Assembly (NCBI GenBank): GCA_965644295.1
Contig: CBFFRP010000002.1
Span: 124,001-188,000 of the forward strand
Source: Paraphysomonas bandaiensis
Taxonomy: Eukaryota > Protista > Chrysophyceae
Length of the DNA stretch: 64,000 nucleotides
Direction of reading: 5' to 3'
The notes under the pieces are model-generated. The model had not been told where the DNA came from, ran no database searches, and saw nothing but the letters and a program-made list of their open reading frames with translations. This document shows positions 13,963-25,700 of this stretch, one piece after another. Positions within the stretch are counted from its first letter, which is position 1, and each line of letters opens with the position of its first letter. The position numbers were made by a program, and so were the translations under genes.

Positions 13963-14085
13963 CGTATATTTTTGTTCAAAGATATCTCGTATATTGAGAC
14001 AACAATTATCTGTATTCTAGCCGTAGTTGTATTTAACTAATATATAGTAATTTTGCTTCAATTTATTCCCGAAAAATAAGATGCA
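13963..14085 (+). repeat. Partial copy of the ~150-bp MITE-like element
   Basis: gtatatttttgttcaaagatatctcgtatattgagacaacaattatctgtattctagccgtagtt... matches the 8826/9012 copies. Confidence 0.75.
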
Positions 14086-14397
14086 TACGCGTGAAATCTC
14101 CTATAAGTCATCACAGGAAAAAGTCCACCTGACAAAAAATCCCAGGTTTTTAGATGATTAAGCCTAATATACTGTATAAACGATAAAATGGTCGACTTTT
14201 TCCCACTCACGGGTGTCTGATCATCACCACTCACTATTCCCCCCACAATTCGAACAATACAATCCATATAGAAGTCCACTGCCTGTATTGCTGTGTGTAC
14301 CAGTGTACATCCACCGGTACAGCTATACCAGTACACTGAACTGCTGTATTGCTGTAATGTCCTGATTATACAGTGTCTTATACAGTGTATTCTATAG

Positions 14398-14550
14398 TAT
14401 TAGCAGTCAGCATTTCATTTTTTCGGAAATAAAATGAATCAAAATTACTCTATAAAACTGCTGTATAACTACGGCTATAATATACATAATTGTTGTCTCA
14501 ATATTAGAGGCATCATTGAACAAAAATATACAAAGGATGCCGATACGCAT
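14398..14550 (-). repeat. Inverted copy of the ~150-bp MITE-like element
   Basis: gcagtcagcatttcattttttcggaaataaa...ttgtctcaatattagaggcatc...aaaggatgccgatacgcat closely matches 9183-9336. Confidence 0.75.
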
Positions 14551-14759
14551 ATAAGTTACATGTTTAAGATGCTATCTATACACACATATACATACATTAC
14601 ATCGTCACATTAATCTCATCTATACTCTATACAGACATAATCTTTATACCTCATCTTCATTGAATATATTCCTTCTATTATTCTTATACTACAGACATTG
14701 AAATTATAAGAAACTATTCACTGTAGCTTATGCTATAAGATATTAAAGTTTTCTATTCC

Positions 14760-17700
14760 ATGGCTTGTAATACACCCATTATCATCCGATCTCTCACTCA
14801 ACATAGTGATATTTCATATTCAGATACAGAGAATGAACTCAATGATGATCTTCCAGATGACATTTCATCATTTAAACATGAAAGTTTTGAATCAGAAGAA
14901 ATGAAACGTTTACTTAAATTAGACGGTGAATATACAGATAGAGAGGAAAGATCCACTCATACGATATCATATGATGCCAGAAATATGTTTCCTGCATGGA
15001 TTCTAGTAAGATTAAGACTGTGTATGAATAAGGGTTAAATTGTATGTAAGGATGATCCGGAGTGGAAGCTTACTGCAGGAAGAAATCGCGATAAGATATC
15101 TGAAGTCGGTGAACTTTGTGTATCTTATGCTGTGTAATGAATGGTATATATTAGGTCATGCAAACTCCATACAATCAACGCTCTCAGGAGCAAGTATCAA
15201 CTTTGATTCATTGGTTGATGACTGTATGGGAAACAGCTAACAGAATGGGTTTCAAGAGATGTGGTGCAATGACTAAGGTAGTGTAGCCTCAACGCTATTC
15301 ACAGTATACCTGAGACACTTTGTATTACCCTGATGCTATGTTATATGTTACCTATATGTAATGCGTAATAGTTGCTAGATGGTTGCGTGTGAGTCTAAAT
15401 GTTGCCTATTGTCGTGACACTGTAGAAATTACTGTTGATAGGTCTTCCATTACCTCAAGTATGAACCTGGTGAGAATGTGATAAAGGAGGGGGATCGTGG
15501 TTTAACGTTCTACATTATTATATCTGGGTCGTGTGTGGTGCATAAAGAAGTAAGTACTTGAGTATTTTGCTGCAGTTGTGTAATTTCAGCGCAGAATATT
15601 GGGGTGGTTGCTACTATTGGCAAAGGACAGAGCTTTGGAGAGATAGCTTTGACAGAGGGGAAGGATCTCAGAACGGCAACTGTGCAAGCTCAGTCAAAGT
15701 GAGATTAGGTTTTATGTAGTTATCGATTTTTTTTACTATTCTTACATGCCTATTTGCAATATGTGTTCCTGTTGCGTGCTTATAGTGAAAACTTCATTGT
15801 ATATATTGTCACGAACGATGCGTGTCTAGAGTGGAGCTTCTTAGACTTCACAAGGGTGACTATGACTATTTTGTGAAGGATATTCAGGTATGTTTACCTC
15901 GTATTTGCTTGCTTGAGTTAATTCTGCGGTGCAGTTGGCGGAGCGACGAGAGAACCTTCATGTTCTAAAGAGCTGTCCAATATTCAAATCGTGGAGTCGG
16001 ATGAAGATTCAACACATGGTTAACACTGTGATAAGGAAGACATTTTTGCCTGGCGAATATATTTTCAAACAGGTCAACTATTCCCTAGATATCATACATT
16101 GTGCTGAATCATGTACAGGGAGATGTCCCAGATTGCGTGTATGTAGTTGTGGACGGTTATATATCAATCATAAAAGAGATTCATGTTGCAGTCAGAAACA
16201 GGTATGTTATGATTATATCTACGATTTGTGGTACCTTCTGTCCGTCGGATAGTACTATTATACCAAAAAATACTCGATCTAATCATGGATGTCTGTTGCC
16301 GTATATATAACACTGTAACAGGTGGCCTGTTGGTATGCACGAGTGGAGCACTGTAACCAAGAAAACAGTGAAGCCTTACTGTGTATGTGAGCTTAAACGG
16401 GGTGCTCAATTCGGAGAGCAGTCGGTGGTCAAAAGTAAACGTCGGAGTGCTACAGCTAGAGCTCGCACCAAGTACACGCTGTCGTACTTATTGTCGTGTG
16501 GATAATGTAACATCTGAGCAGGGCAACGGTATTGTGCGTCGACAAGCTCGAGTTCATGCACATGCTTAGGGATACGCCCGCAATGGCAGAAATTAGTAAT
16601 TTTGTGAACTCCTATGCTGGTATGTGACGAATACGTTGTCCATACGTTCTAACTTTTCTGTAGACGACAGTGTAATTCTTCAATCCGTGGCGGAATTAAA
16701 GGGGGGTCCTTCTACCACTGCCCAACTAAACGATTATGTCATTTCCGCTTGCGACATGAGCGAAATTCGCCCTGCATCTCCTTCTATATCAATTGTGGAA
16801 GAAACAATCTCCAGTCCTTGTTCGCCTGGTGGTATATCCTCTCCTAGTATGTCCGGGGGAACTGGACGAGGGCGAAGGTCGAGGTAATCTTTTATGCGAC
16901 GTGATGTGTTTGAATGGTGTAATGGTATTGTCGCGTCTTGTAGTATGTTCCGCATTCAAGCAGACCATGGTGTCGGAGATGGAGAGCGTAAGTACTCACG
17001 TCAAACATGCGTATTCTGAATGACGCTCTTCTGCAGACAGTAGCATTCCAATATTCACGCCCGAAATTAAGAAAGACGGTATCAGTTTCTTCTCACCGGC
17101 TACGGCGTTGGCAAAGAGCAAAGGGAAGATGCGAAATAATAGCACAACAAAAAAAAATCACCATAAAAGTGATATTGGGGACGGACTAGCTTCGGAGGAT
17201 ATCACTCGCACGTCAAGGAATAGAAATATGTTTCAATTTAAACGCACAACTTCCTCCACGGAAAGGTTTTTGAAGCAATACAATGCTGCACTCGATGCCA
17301 CCAATATGAATAACGAAAAGCCTCTTCCTGTCAGATGCAGCATTAAAAGGGCTTCCGTAAAGAGCTGTGATGATGGCAGATTGAGTACTATTAAGCGGGG
17401 GCTGAGCGATACAGTTTCCACAGCAAGGTACTACTGAGTAGAAATGATTTGAGTGATCTCTGCGAGCCTGTATAACACAATATATGATTTAGAAATGTTA
17501 ATGAGTCGTCGGAGGTGAATGCTGGATTGAGTACTTCTTCTAAGGGCCTTAGCGGTCAGTACTTGCCTCCCCAGAAGAGGTGATTTTTTTTTACGTAATT
17601 GAGTCTGCTAACGCAATATGTAGATTAGTGTTTGCGAACACCTTCTCTCCAATAAAGAAGACGAGCGAAATCCTTCCGAAGGTTGTGACGCCATCCCATT

Positions 17701-17862
17701 TGAGGACTGAAAGACCTCTACAAACTCCAATTAAGAAGAAAACTATGTATGATATTTTTTGATATATATACGCTATCTGATGTGTGTATATGTAGAGTAC
17801 CGAAATCTAACCGCAACCCGATTTTGCACTTTTCAACGAAGGATCGATTACCAATAGTATAA
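14760..17862 (+). CDS. Multi-exon protein with two cyclic-nucleotide-binding (cNMP) domains and a low-complexity tail
   Basis: Spliced peptides KYEPGENVIKEGDRGLTFYIIISG, GQSFGEIALTEGKDLRTATV, FLPGEYIFKQ/GDVPDCVYVVVDG and GAQFGEQSVVKSKRRSATA are two cNMP phosphate-binding cassettes. Many GT-AG introns. The 3' end (stop 17860-17862) is inferred. Confidence 0.75.
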
Positions 17863-19473
17863 TGTATGATATCAGTGGTACACTGCTTTATTTGTAGATT
17901 ATTTCGTTGGATATATATCCCATATATACCCATATTTTTTGTGTTGCTCAATGCCGCACTCGTGCATTTAGCACTTTCTTTTGTGTAGTACCGTATGGGC
18001 GAACTGTGTTTAAAACTGTGTTATCCTAGTATTATGTGTTTAGGAACGACGTTTGGCAAATATCTCTGAGAAAGAGTTCAACAGCAATTTTAATTGAGTT
18101 TATATTTATGTCGAATCGATCTAAGATGCTAAGTATTTGTATTGTACCATATTGCATACTGGAAACACAACTGCATTTCGCAGCAAGGCGATTTCTTTTT
18201 GTTGTCTACAGTATATGCCGAGTTCGATATTGGCATTTTGTAATAGCACCAGGAAATATATTAAACTTGGTACACAATTTCATAGTATTGTGGCAGCTAT
18301 AATGTAGAATAGCTTAGTGAGCAGTGTTTTTCAGGGCAAGTAAGTTAGTACGGGCCCAATGTTGAGCTTCGCTTATTTGAAAGCTGTATTTTAAGGCTTT
18401 TAAATTGTAATCGTTGAATACAATATTTAAATACTCTCTACTTTGTATTCGTAAAGTAGCTCACATCTACCGTCCTCTGGGTTTGAGTCGAATATTGAGT
18501 GTTGCTAATCCGAGCAAATTATACCTGTTACTTGATAAATAATACAGTTGATGGAGAAAATATTATTATATATGAGAGAGTTTAGACAAACTGAAATTTG
18601 TATTGACTGTATAAAATTGTGTCTATTTAAGACTTGATAATATATTAATTTGTGGTACGTCGTAGTGAGTAGTGAGCAGGGATACGAATTAATTAAACTA
18701 ACTATAGTGCATAACTCTGATATCCTACCATTTGGCTCTACGAAAGCTGCTTGTGTGCCACCACAAGCAACACTTTTGAACTCTGTCCTTGAGGTGAACA
18801 GCTCGGATGCTTGACTTCAGTAAGCAGCCCAATACCCCGAATGCACTAAGGTGGGCCCATTCCCGGATGCCTGTTTATATTCGTCAGACCCAAAGACATC
18901 TACACAACTGACACTAATTAGTGTCCCTCGAACCACACAAGCATTTGGCTACGAGTGGGAAGAACAATATTTCTGCTGACTATATAATATGCGGCTCACG
19001 TTGTATCCCGGAGAATTATCTCCAGTATTTATCCCCCAGTACACCACGAAAAGGTGCGAGCCCTATTTTGTTGAGGATTGCAATAATAGAAATAGGAACA
19101 GCAAATCATAATTGCAATTACAATTGTCTTCAGCTTGCTTCAATTAATTGATCTAAAATACCATCATACTTATGAAAAACTCACATCACGTAACTCTATA
19201 TTATAGGAAAGGTGTTCTGAGGCTAATACTCTTGCGTCGCCAAAATGACGCTCGACATCGTAAAAACAATGTACAAACGTCGTGAAGATTGATTTGATGT
19301 TCACCTTTATTCTGTAGTTCTATTAGATTATACCTTACGCTCTACTACTATCCATCGTGTTTGATGGCATGCTGCTAGAGGTTGCTCCACCCATAACCCT
19401 TCTTCAATTAGTGCCACTGATGTTTTGCGCACGAGTCGTCGCCTCTGGAATAAAATGACAGTTGAGCAAGCTA

Positions 19474-19768
19474 TGTTGAGAACTAATGTGTATTGTTACT
19501 TGAGTACGTAGTATAGTACCAATTAATTGCAATTCAATGAATTGGGATAGCAAGTAATAACTACAGTTTTAAGTGACTACAACCTGTGTCGATTAAGTGA
19601 CAATTAATTGTTACGCAGCCCTGGTAGTGAGTGTATGAATTTAGTGAATGGCAATAAATCATAATGAGATATAAGATATGTTGGTCACAATTTTTATTAA
19701 TTGAGTAAGTTTAAGGTTCAGCTGTTTAGTATACACTATATTCAAATATCAGTTTTGAATACCCAACA
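19474..19768 (+). mobile_element. Candidate solo LTR of the Copia family
   Basis: Begins tgttgag and ends ccaaca. Internal taagatatgttggtcacaattt...taagttta..ttcagctgtttagtatacact resembles the reverse complement of the LTR at 45338-45692. No clean TSD. Confidence 0.45.
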
Positions 19769-20188
19769 CGCTTCCTCTGGGCATTGGATTCTGTAGTTTG
19801 ACCCCACCAGAATAGCATGTTCACAACTTCAATAGGTACAAGATATTTGCAACAAAATTTTACAACTATGAAGACGATATAGCTCAATAACGCAATATAA
19901 TTTAAATTTAGTAATATTGTACTGCGACACGAGTAACCTATTTAGCGCAATCTATTCTGATGACGTTGGATATTTACAGTTCTCTGATATATCAGATGCA
20001 ACTGAACGCACAAACACAATCACATACATCCGCAAAACACAAAAGCAGATGCTGAAGTGCACCTGCCGTGAAGTCATTGTTAATAGCAAGCCAAAAAGTA
20101 GGCTAGGGGTTATTCATAGCTAACAACCGTAATGAGAAAACATGTACTATGATATCTGAATATCACATGCAAAACACTCCTACTAACA

Positions 20189-21824
20189 CTAAGACTGTGC
20201 CGCCGTATACTCTCCAAGCGCTTCTGCAAGAGCACCGGCAAACCGATCAACGTTTTTAGTGTTTAGTCCTGCTAGACTGATGCGCCCATTTGCTAGCATG
20301 TAGATGTGATGCTTCTTCTGTAAAACTTCAACAACGGCAGGAGGAATTCCTGTGAAGCTAAACATTCCCTGCTGGCTGACGATGTGATCCCAGTTGCCCG
20401 GAGTATTGTGACGCTTAATAGCTTCCAGCAGCATCGACCTAAATGAAAAACTTCAGTGGTTATATTTGAGGAGCACTGCGGTCAAGAGTCGGGCATGCAA
20501 TGCCATAGCAGAACAATAACTTTAACTGGCAGCACAAAACGGAAATACATATGTACTAGCACCCATGCTAACCTCATATTGCGTATTCTACTGGCCATCT
20601 CAGAACATTCGTTTAACCACTGGGACTTCAGAGTCGGGTCAGATAGGATGGTGGTAACGATTCTTGCACCATAGGCAGGACAATTGCTGACCAATGTCCG
20701 CGAAAGAGCCGCTAAGTGGGAGAGAACCCGCTCACACTCCTCTGGTGATTGAGTTTGGACATGAAGACACCCAGCCCTCTCGTTATACAAACCAAAGTTC
20801 TTCGAGCATGAGGTCGTAACCATCAGGTCAATACCTGATTCAGACAACAAACGAACAGAGAATGCATCCGTATCAACGTCCTGCACGAACCCTTGATAAG
20901 CATTGTCCACTATCGGCAACAGGTGTCTATCCCTGAGCAAATATATCTATTAGCCAACTCCTCATTATCATACGCGTGCACTTACTTAATTACATCACGT
21001 ATAGCATGCCATTGCTGGTGTGTGGGGTCTACACCAGAGGGGTTGTGAGCCACCATATGCAACAAGACAATACTCCCCTCTGGAGCCTCTGATAGATCCT
21101 GAATCAAACCCTCGAAATCCAGAGCCAACCCAGTGGAATCTAGGTACCGATAGGTAGCTTGCTGAATACCACATTGTCGAAAGATATTGGTGTGATTGGC
21201 CCATGTTGTATTCGGTATATATATAGTATTATTGGGAAAAACAAGACGACACAGCTCCCCGGCGAGACGCAGCGATCCGGTGCCACTGATGCATTGAATA
21301 GACCCGACTTTACCTGCCGCAATAGCACTGGAATTGTCACCAAACACCAGCTGGGCATTGAGTTTAGTGAACTCTTTTAACCCCTCTAGAGGCAAGTATT
21401 CTACACAGCAGCGTGTTAACTCTTCAACATTAAATCCCACATACTCTCATTGCACACAGATACTATACACAAGCAGCTATACTGAGAGCTATTCATATAT
21501 ACTTAAGGCTACTATGCATAAACTATGGAGTGTATACAGCAGTCATGTGTATATATATGTGTGTATATAGACATAGTAATATAACATACACAGCAACTCT
21601 CTGTCGGTGAATATACTCCACTTACCATGATCTAACTGTTGATCAAAGATAATACGTTCAGCTTGACGTACAGATGATAGTACCATAGGATGACCATTGT
21701 CGTCTCTATAGGCCCCGACAGTTAGATTAATCTTAGCTTCATTGGGGTCCTCTTTACAGGCTTTGTTTACTCCGAAGAGACTGTCTGCGGGATGTAGAGA
21801 GATGGAGTTAAAGAATGATGGCAT
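20189..21824 (-). CDS. GOT1: Aspartate aminotransferase, cytosolic type (4 exons)
   Basis: Motifs KINLTVGAYRD, EYLPLEGL, QCISGTGSLR, AHNPSGVDP, DNAYQGF, SCSKNFGLYNERAG (PLP lysine), QQGMFSFTG and GRISLAGLN. Approximate exons 21824-21625, 21402-20986, 20933-20572 and 20438-20189. No obvious N-terminal targeting extension. Confidence 0.95.
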
Positions 21825-21948
21825 GGTGTGGTATGATAGTGTGGTTTATGGATCAGTGGAGTGGTGGACATGGGAGCATATATACATACACTCATCCACA
21901 TCTGCCGTACACTGCATCCGGTACACATACACATGACGATACATATGA

Positions 21949-22346
21949 TACATACATACATACATACATACATACATACATACATACATACATACATACA
22001 TACATACATACATACATACATACATACATACATACATACATACATACATACATACATACATACATACATACATACATACATACATACATACATACATACA
22101 TACATACATACATACATACATACATACATACATACATACATACATACATACATACATACATACATACATACATACATACATACATACATACATACATACA
22201 TACATACATACATACATACATACATACATACATACATACATACATACATACATACATACATACATACATACATACATACATACATACATACATACATACA
22301 TACATACATACATACATACATACATACATACATACATACATACATA
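21949..22346. repeat. (CATA)n microsatellite, ~400 bp
   Basis: Perfect tetranucleotide array. Confidence 0.99.
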
Positions 22347-22756
22347 CGTACAATGATTGGATTGGGGATTATTTTGGGTCCGTGGCATACAGATACGGTG
22401 TATAGTATTCAAATATTGGTATGTTCAACTTGGCAGTATAGTATGTATAGTATACCAGCCTACAGCAGTCTATGTATATGGACATGTACGTAACATATAC
22501 AGTACATGTCCTGCTGTATATACCCGTGTATATGAGCTCTGTTATATATGGATATATATACACACCAGTCTTATATTACCATACGAAGAGCTATCATAAC
22601 TATCTATTACTCAATTACTATTATCAGAGTAGTCAGTTGTTTCTATAAGATCATATGAAGCTGATAGATAGTGATTATACGTGTATATTATAAGATATAT
22701 ATATATATAGGAGTTTGTATTAGTAGCCTGTGATTACATACATATACGAGTAGAAT

Positions 22757-25700
22757 ATGTCAATCAGACTTATATTAAGATTGTTTTTTCTATTATCTGG
22801 AGCCATTAAAGCCAGTATAGCGACGAATAATAAACGTGAGTTGATATATGTGTATATGAGCTTATGTATAGTAGTATACATAGACGATCATATATAATCT
22901 ACTATATGTTCTGAAACATCATCTTGTTATATATTCTTGGATGTATTTTGAATAGATTGTCTCATGCTCTTGTTTGCGCTTTTAAATGTGTATACTCATG
23001 TATCTATACAGGCTATGAAGATACGATAGATATACGTAGCCTATCGACAGGTTCAGGAAGTACTGTGTTGCCTCCTACCCACTTGGATATGAGCTGCAGT
23101 GCGAATTGTACTCACCCTCTTACTAATCTGACTTCTGCATTTGAATTTTGCGAATCTATCATTGAATTAACAGCGTGCATGTACGACCAGCACTCTTCCT
23201 ATATCTGTTCCATTCATGACTGCCTTGGGCTTTGCGATCTTCAGGTCATCTGTTTCATCGAATCTGCTAATCAGTTCTTGTGCCCAGAACTACAACAACA
23301 ACGACAAGACCCGTCGTTATCACCAACAATTTCCCCAACTGTAGCGGGCGATACGAATGTTCCCACATTATGTCCAACTTCTGGACCGAGTAGTTGTCCA
23401 AGTGTGAGTCCCACAGTTACCCCAACTGTAGCGGGTGATACGAATGCTCCCACATTATGCCCAACATCTGCACCGAGTAGTAGTCCAAGTGTGAGTCCCA
23501 CAGTTACCCCAACTGTAGCGGGTGATACAAATGCTCCCACATTATGTCCAACTTCTTCACCAAGTAGTTGTCCAAGTGTGAGTCCCACAGCTTCACCGAC
23601 AGTAGCCCCTAGCATGACTCCTACATTGTGTCCAACAGTATCTCCCACTGTTGAGCCTAGTCGTCTGCCAACTCTAAGTCCTACGTCACTGCCTAGTTGT
23701 CAGCCTTCTGTTTCACCAACTAGTATTCCCAGTGTCGCACCGACATTATCTCCCACAGCTTCACCGTCCGTGGAACCAACATGTAATCCCACAGCTTCAC
23801 CCACAGTAGCCCCTAGCATGGCTCCTACATTGTGTCCAACAGTATCTCCCACTGTTGAACCTAGTCATCTGCCAACTCTAAGTCCTACATCACTTCCTAG
23901 TTGTCAGCCTTCTATTTCACCGACTAGTATTCCCAGTGTTACACCCACATTAACTCCTACAGCTTTACCGTCCTTGGAACCAACATGTAATCCCACAGCT
24001 TCACCGACAGTAGCCCCTAGCATGACTCCTACATTGTGTCCAACAGTATCTCCCACTGTGGAACCTAGTCATCTGCCAACTCTAAGTCCTACGTTACGTC
24101 TAAGTTGTCAGCCTTCTGTTTCACCGACTAGTATTCCCAGTGTCGCACCAACATTATTTCCCACAGCTTCACCGTCCGTGGAACCAACATGTAATCCCAC
24201 AGCTTCACCCACAGTAGCCCCTAGCATGGCTCCTACATTGTGTCCAACAGTATCTCCCACTGTGGAACCTAGTCATCTGCCAACTCTAAGTCCTACGTTA
24301 CTTCCAAGTTGTCAACCTTCTGTTTCACCAACTAGTATTCCCAGTGTCGCACCCACATTATGTCCTACAGCTTCACCGTCCGTGGAACCAACATTTAACC
24401 CCACAGCTTCACCGACTGTCGCCCCTAGCGTGGCTCCTACATTGTGTCCAGCGGTGTCTCCCACTGTGGAGCCTAGTCATCTGCCAATTCTAAGCCCTAC
24501 GTCACTACCAAGTAGTCCCACATTATGTCCAACATCTGCGCCGAGTAGTTGTCCAAGTGTGAGTCCCACAGTTACCCCAACTGTAGCGGGTGATACGAAT
24601 GCTCCCACATTATGCCCAACATCTGCACCGAGTAGTTGTCCAAGTGTGAGTCCCACAGTTACCCCAACTGTAGCGGGTGATACAAATGCTCCCACATTAT
24701 GTCCAACATCTGCACCGAGTAGTTGTCCAAGTGTGAGTCCCACAGTTACTCCAACTGTAGCGGGTGATACGAATGCTCCCACATTATGTCCAACATCTGC
24801 ACCGAGTAGTTGTCCAAGTGTGAGTCCCACAGTTACTCCAACTGTAGCGGGTGATACGAATGCTCCCACAATATGCCCAACATCTGCACCGAGTAGTTGT
24901 CCAAGTGTGAGTCCCACAGTTACTCCAACTGTAGCGGGTGATACGAATGCTCCCACATTATGTCCAACATCTGCACCGAGTAGTTGTCCAAGTGTGAGTC
25001 CCACAGTTACTCCAACTGTAGCGGGTGATACGAATGCTCCCACAATATGCCCAACATCTGCACCGAGTAGTTGTCCAAGTGTGAGTCCCACAGTTACCCC
25101 AACTGTAGCGGGTGATACGAATGCTCCCACATTATGTCCAACATCTGCACCGAGTAGTTGTCCAAGTGTGAGTCCCACAGTTACCCCAACTGTAGCGGGT
25201 GATACGAATGCTCCCACATTATGCCCAACATCTGCACCGAGTAGTTGTCCAAGTGTGAGTCCCACAGTTACTCCAACTGTAGCGGGTGATACGAATGCTC
25301 CCACATTATGCCCAACATCTGCACCGAGTAGTTGTCCAAGTGTGAGTCCCACAGTTACCCCAACTGTAGCGGGTGATACAAATGCTCCCACATTATGTCC
25401 AACATCTGCACCGAGTAGTTGTCCAAGTGTGAGTCCCACAGTTACTCCAACTGTAGCGGGTGATACAAATGCTCCCACATTATGTCCAACATCTGCACCG
25501 AGTAGTTGTCCAAGTGTGAGTCCCACAGTTACTCCAACTGTAGCGGGTGATACGAATGCTCCCACATTATGTCCAACATCTGCACCGAGTAGTTGTCCAA
25601 GTGTGAGTCCCACAGTTACTCCAACTGTAGCGGGTGATACGAATGCTCCCACAATATGCCCAACATCTGCACCGAGTAGTTGTCCAAGTGTGAGTCCCAC

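Noticed and set aside
18650-18910. Possible LTR or PBS-like sequence (aactctgatatc, similar to about 56920-56955)
   Set aside because: Only a short, imperfect match, and boundaries and TSD could not be defined.
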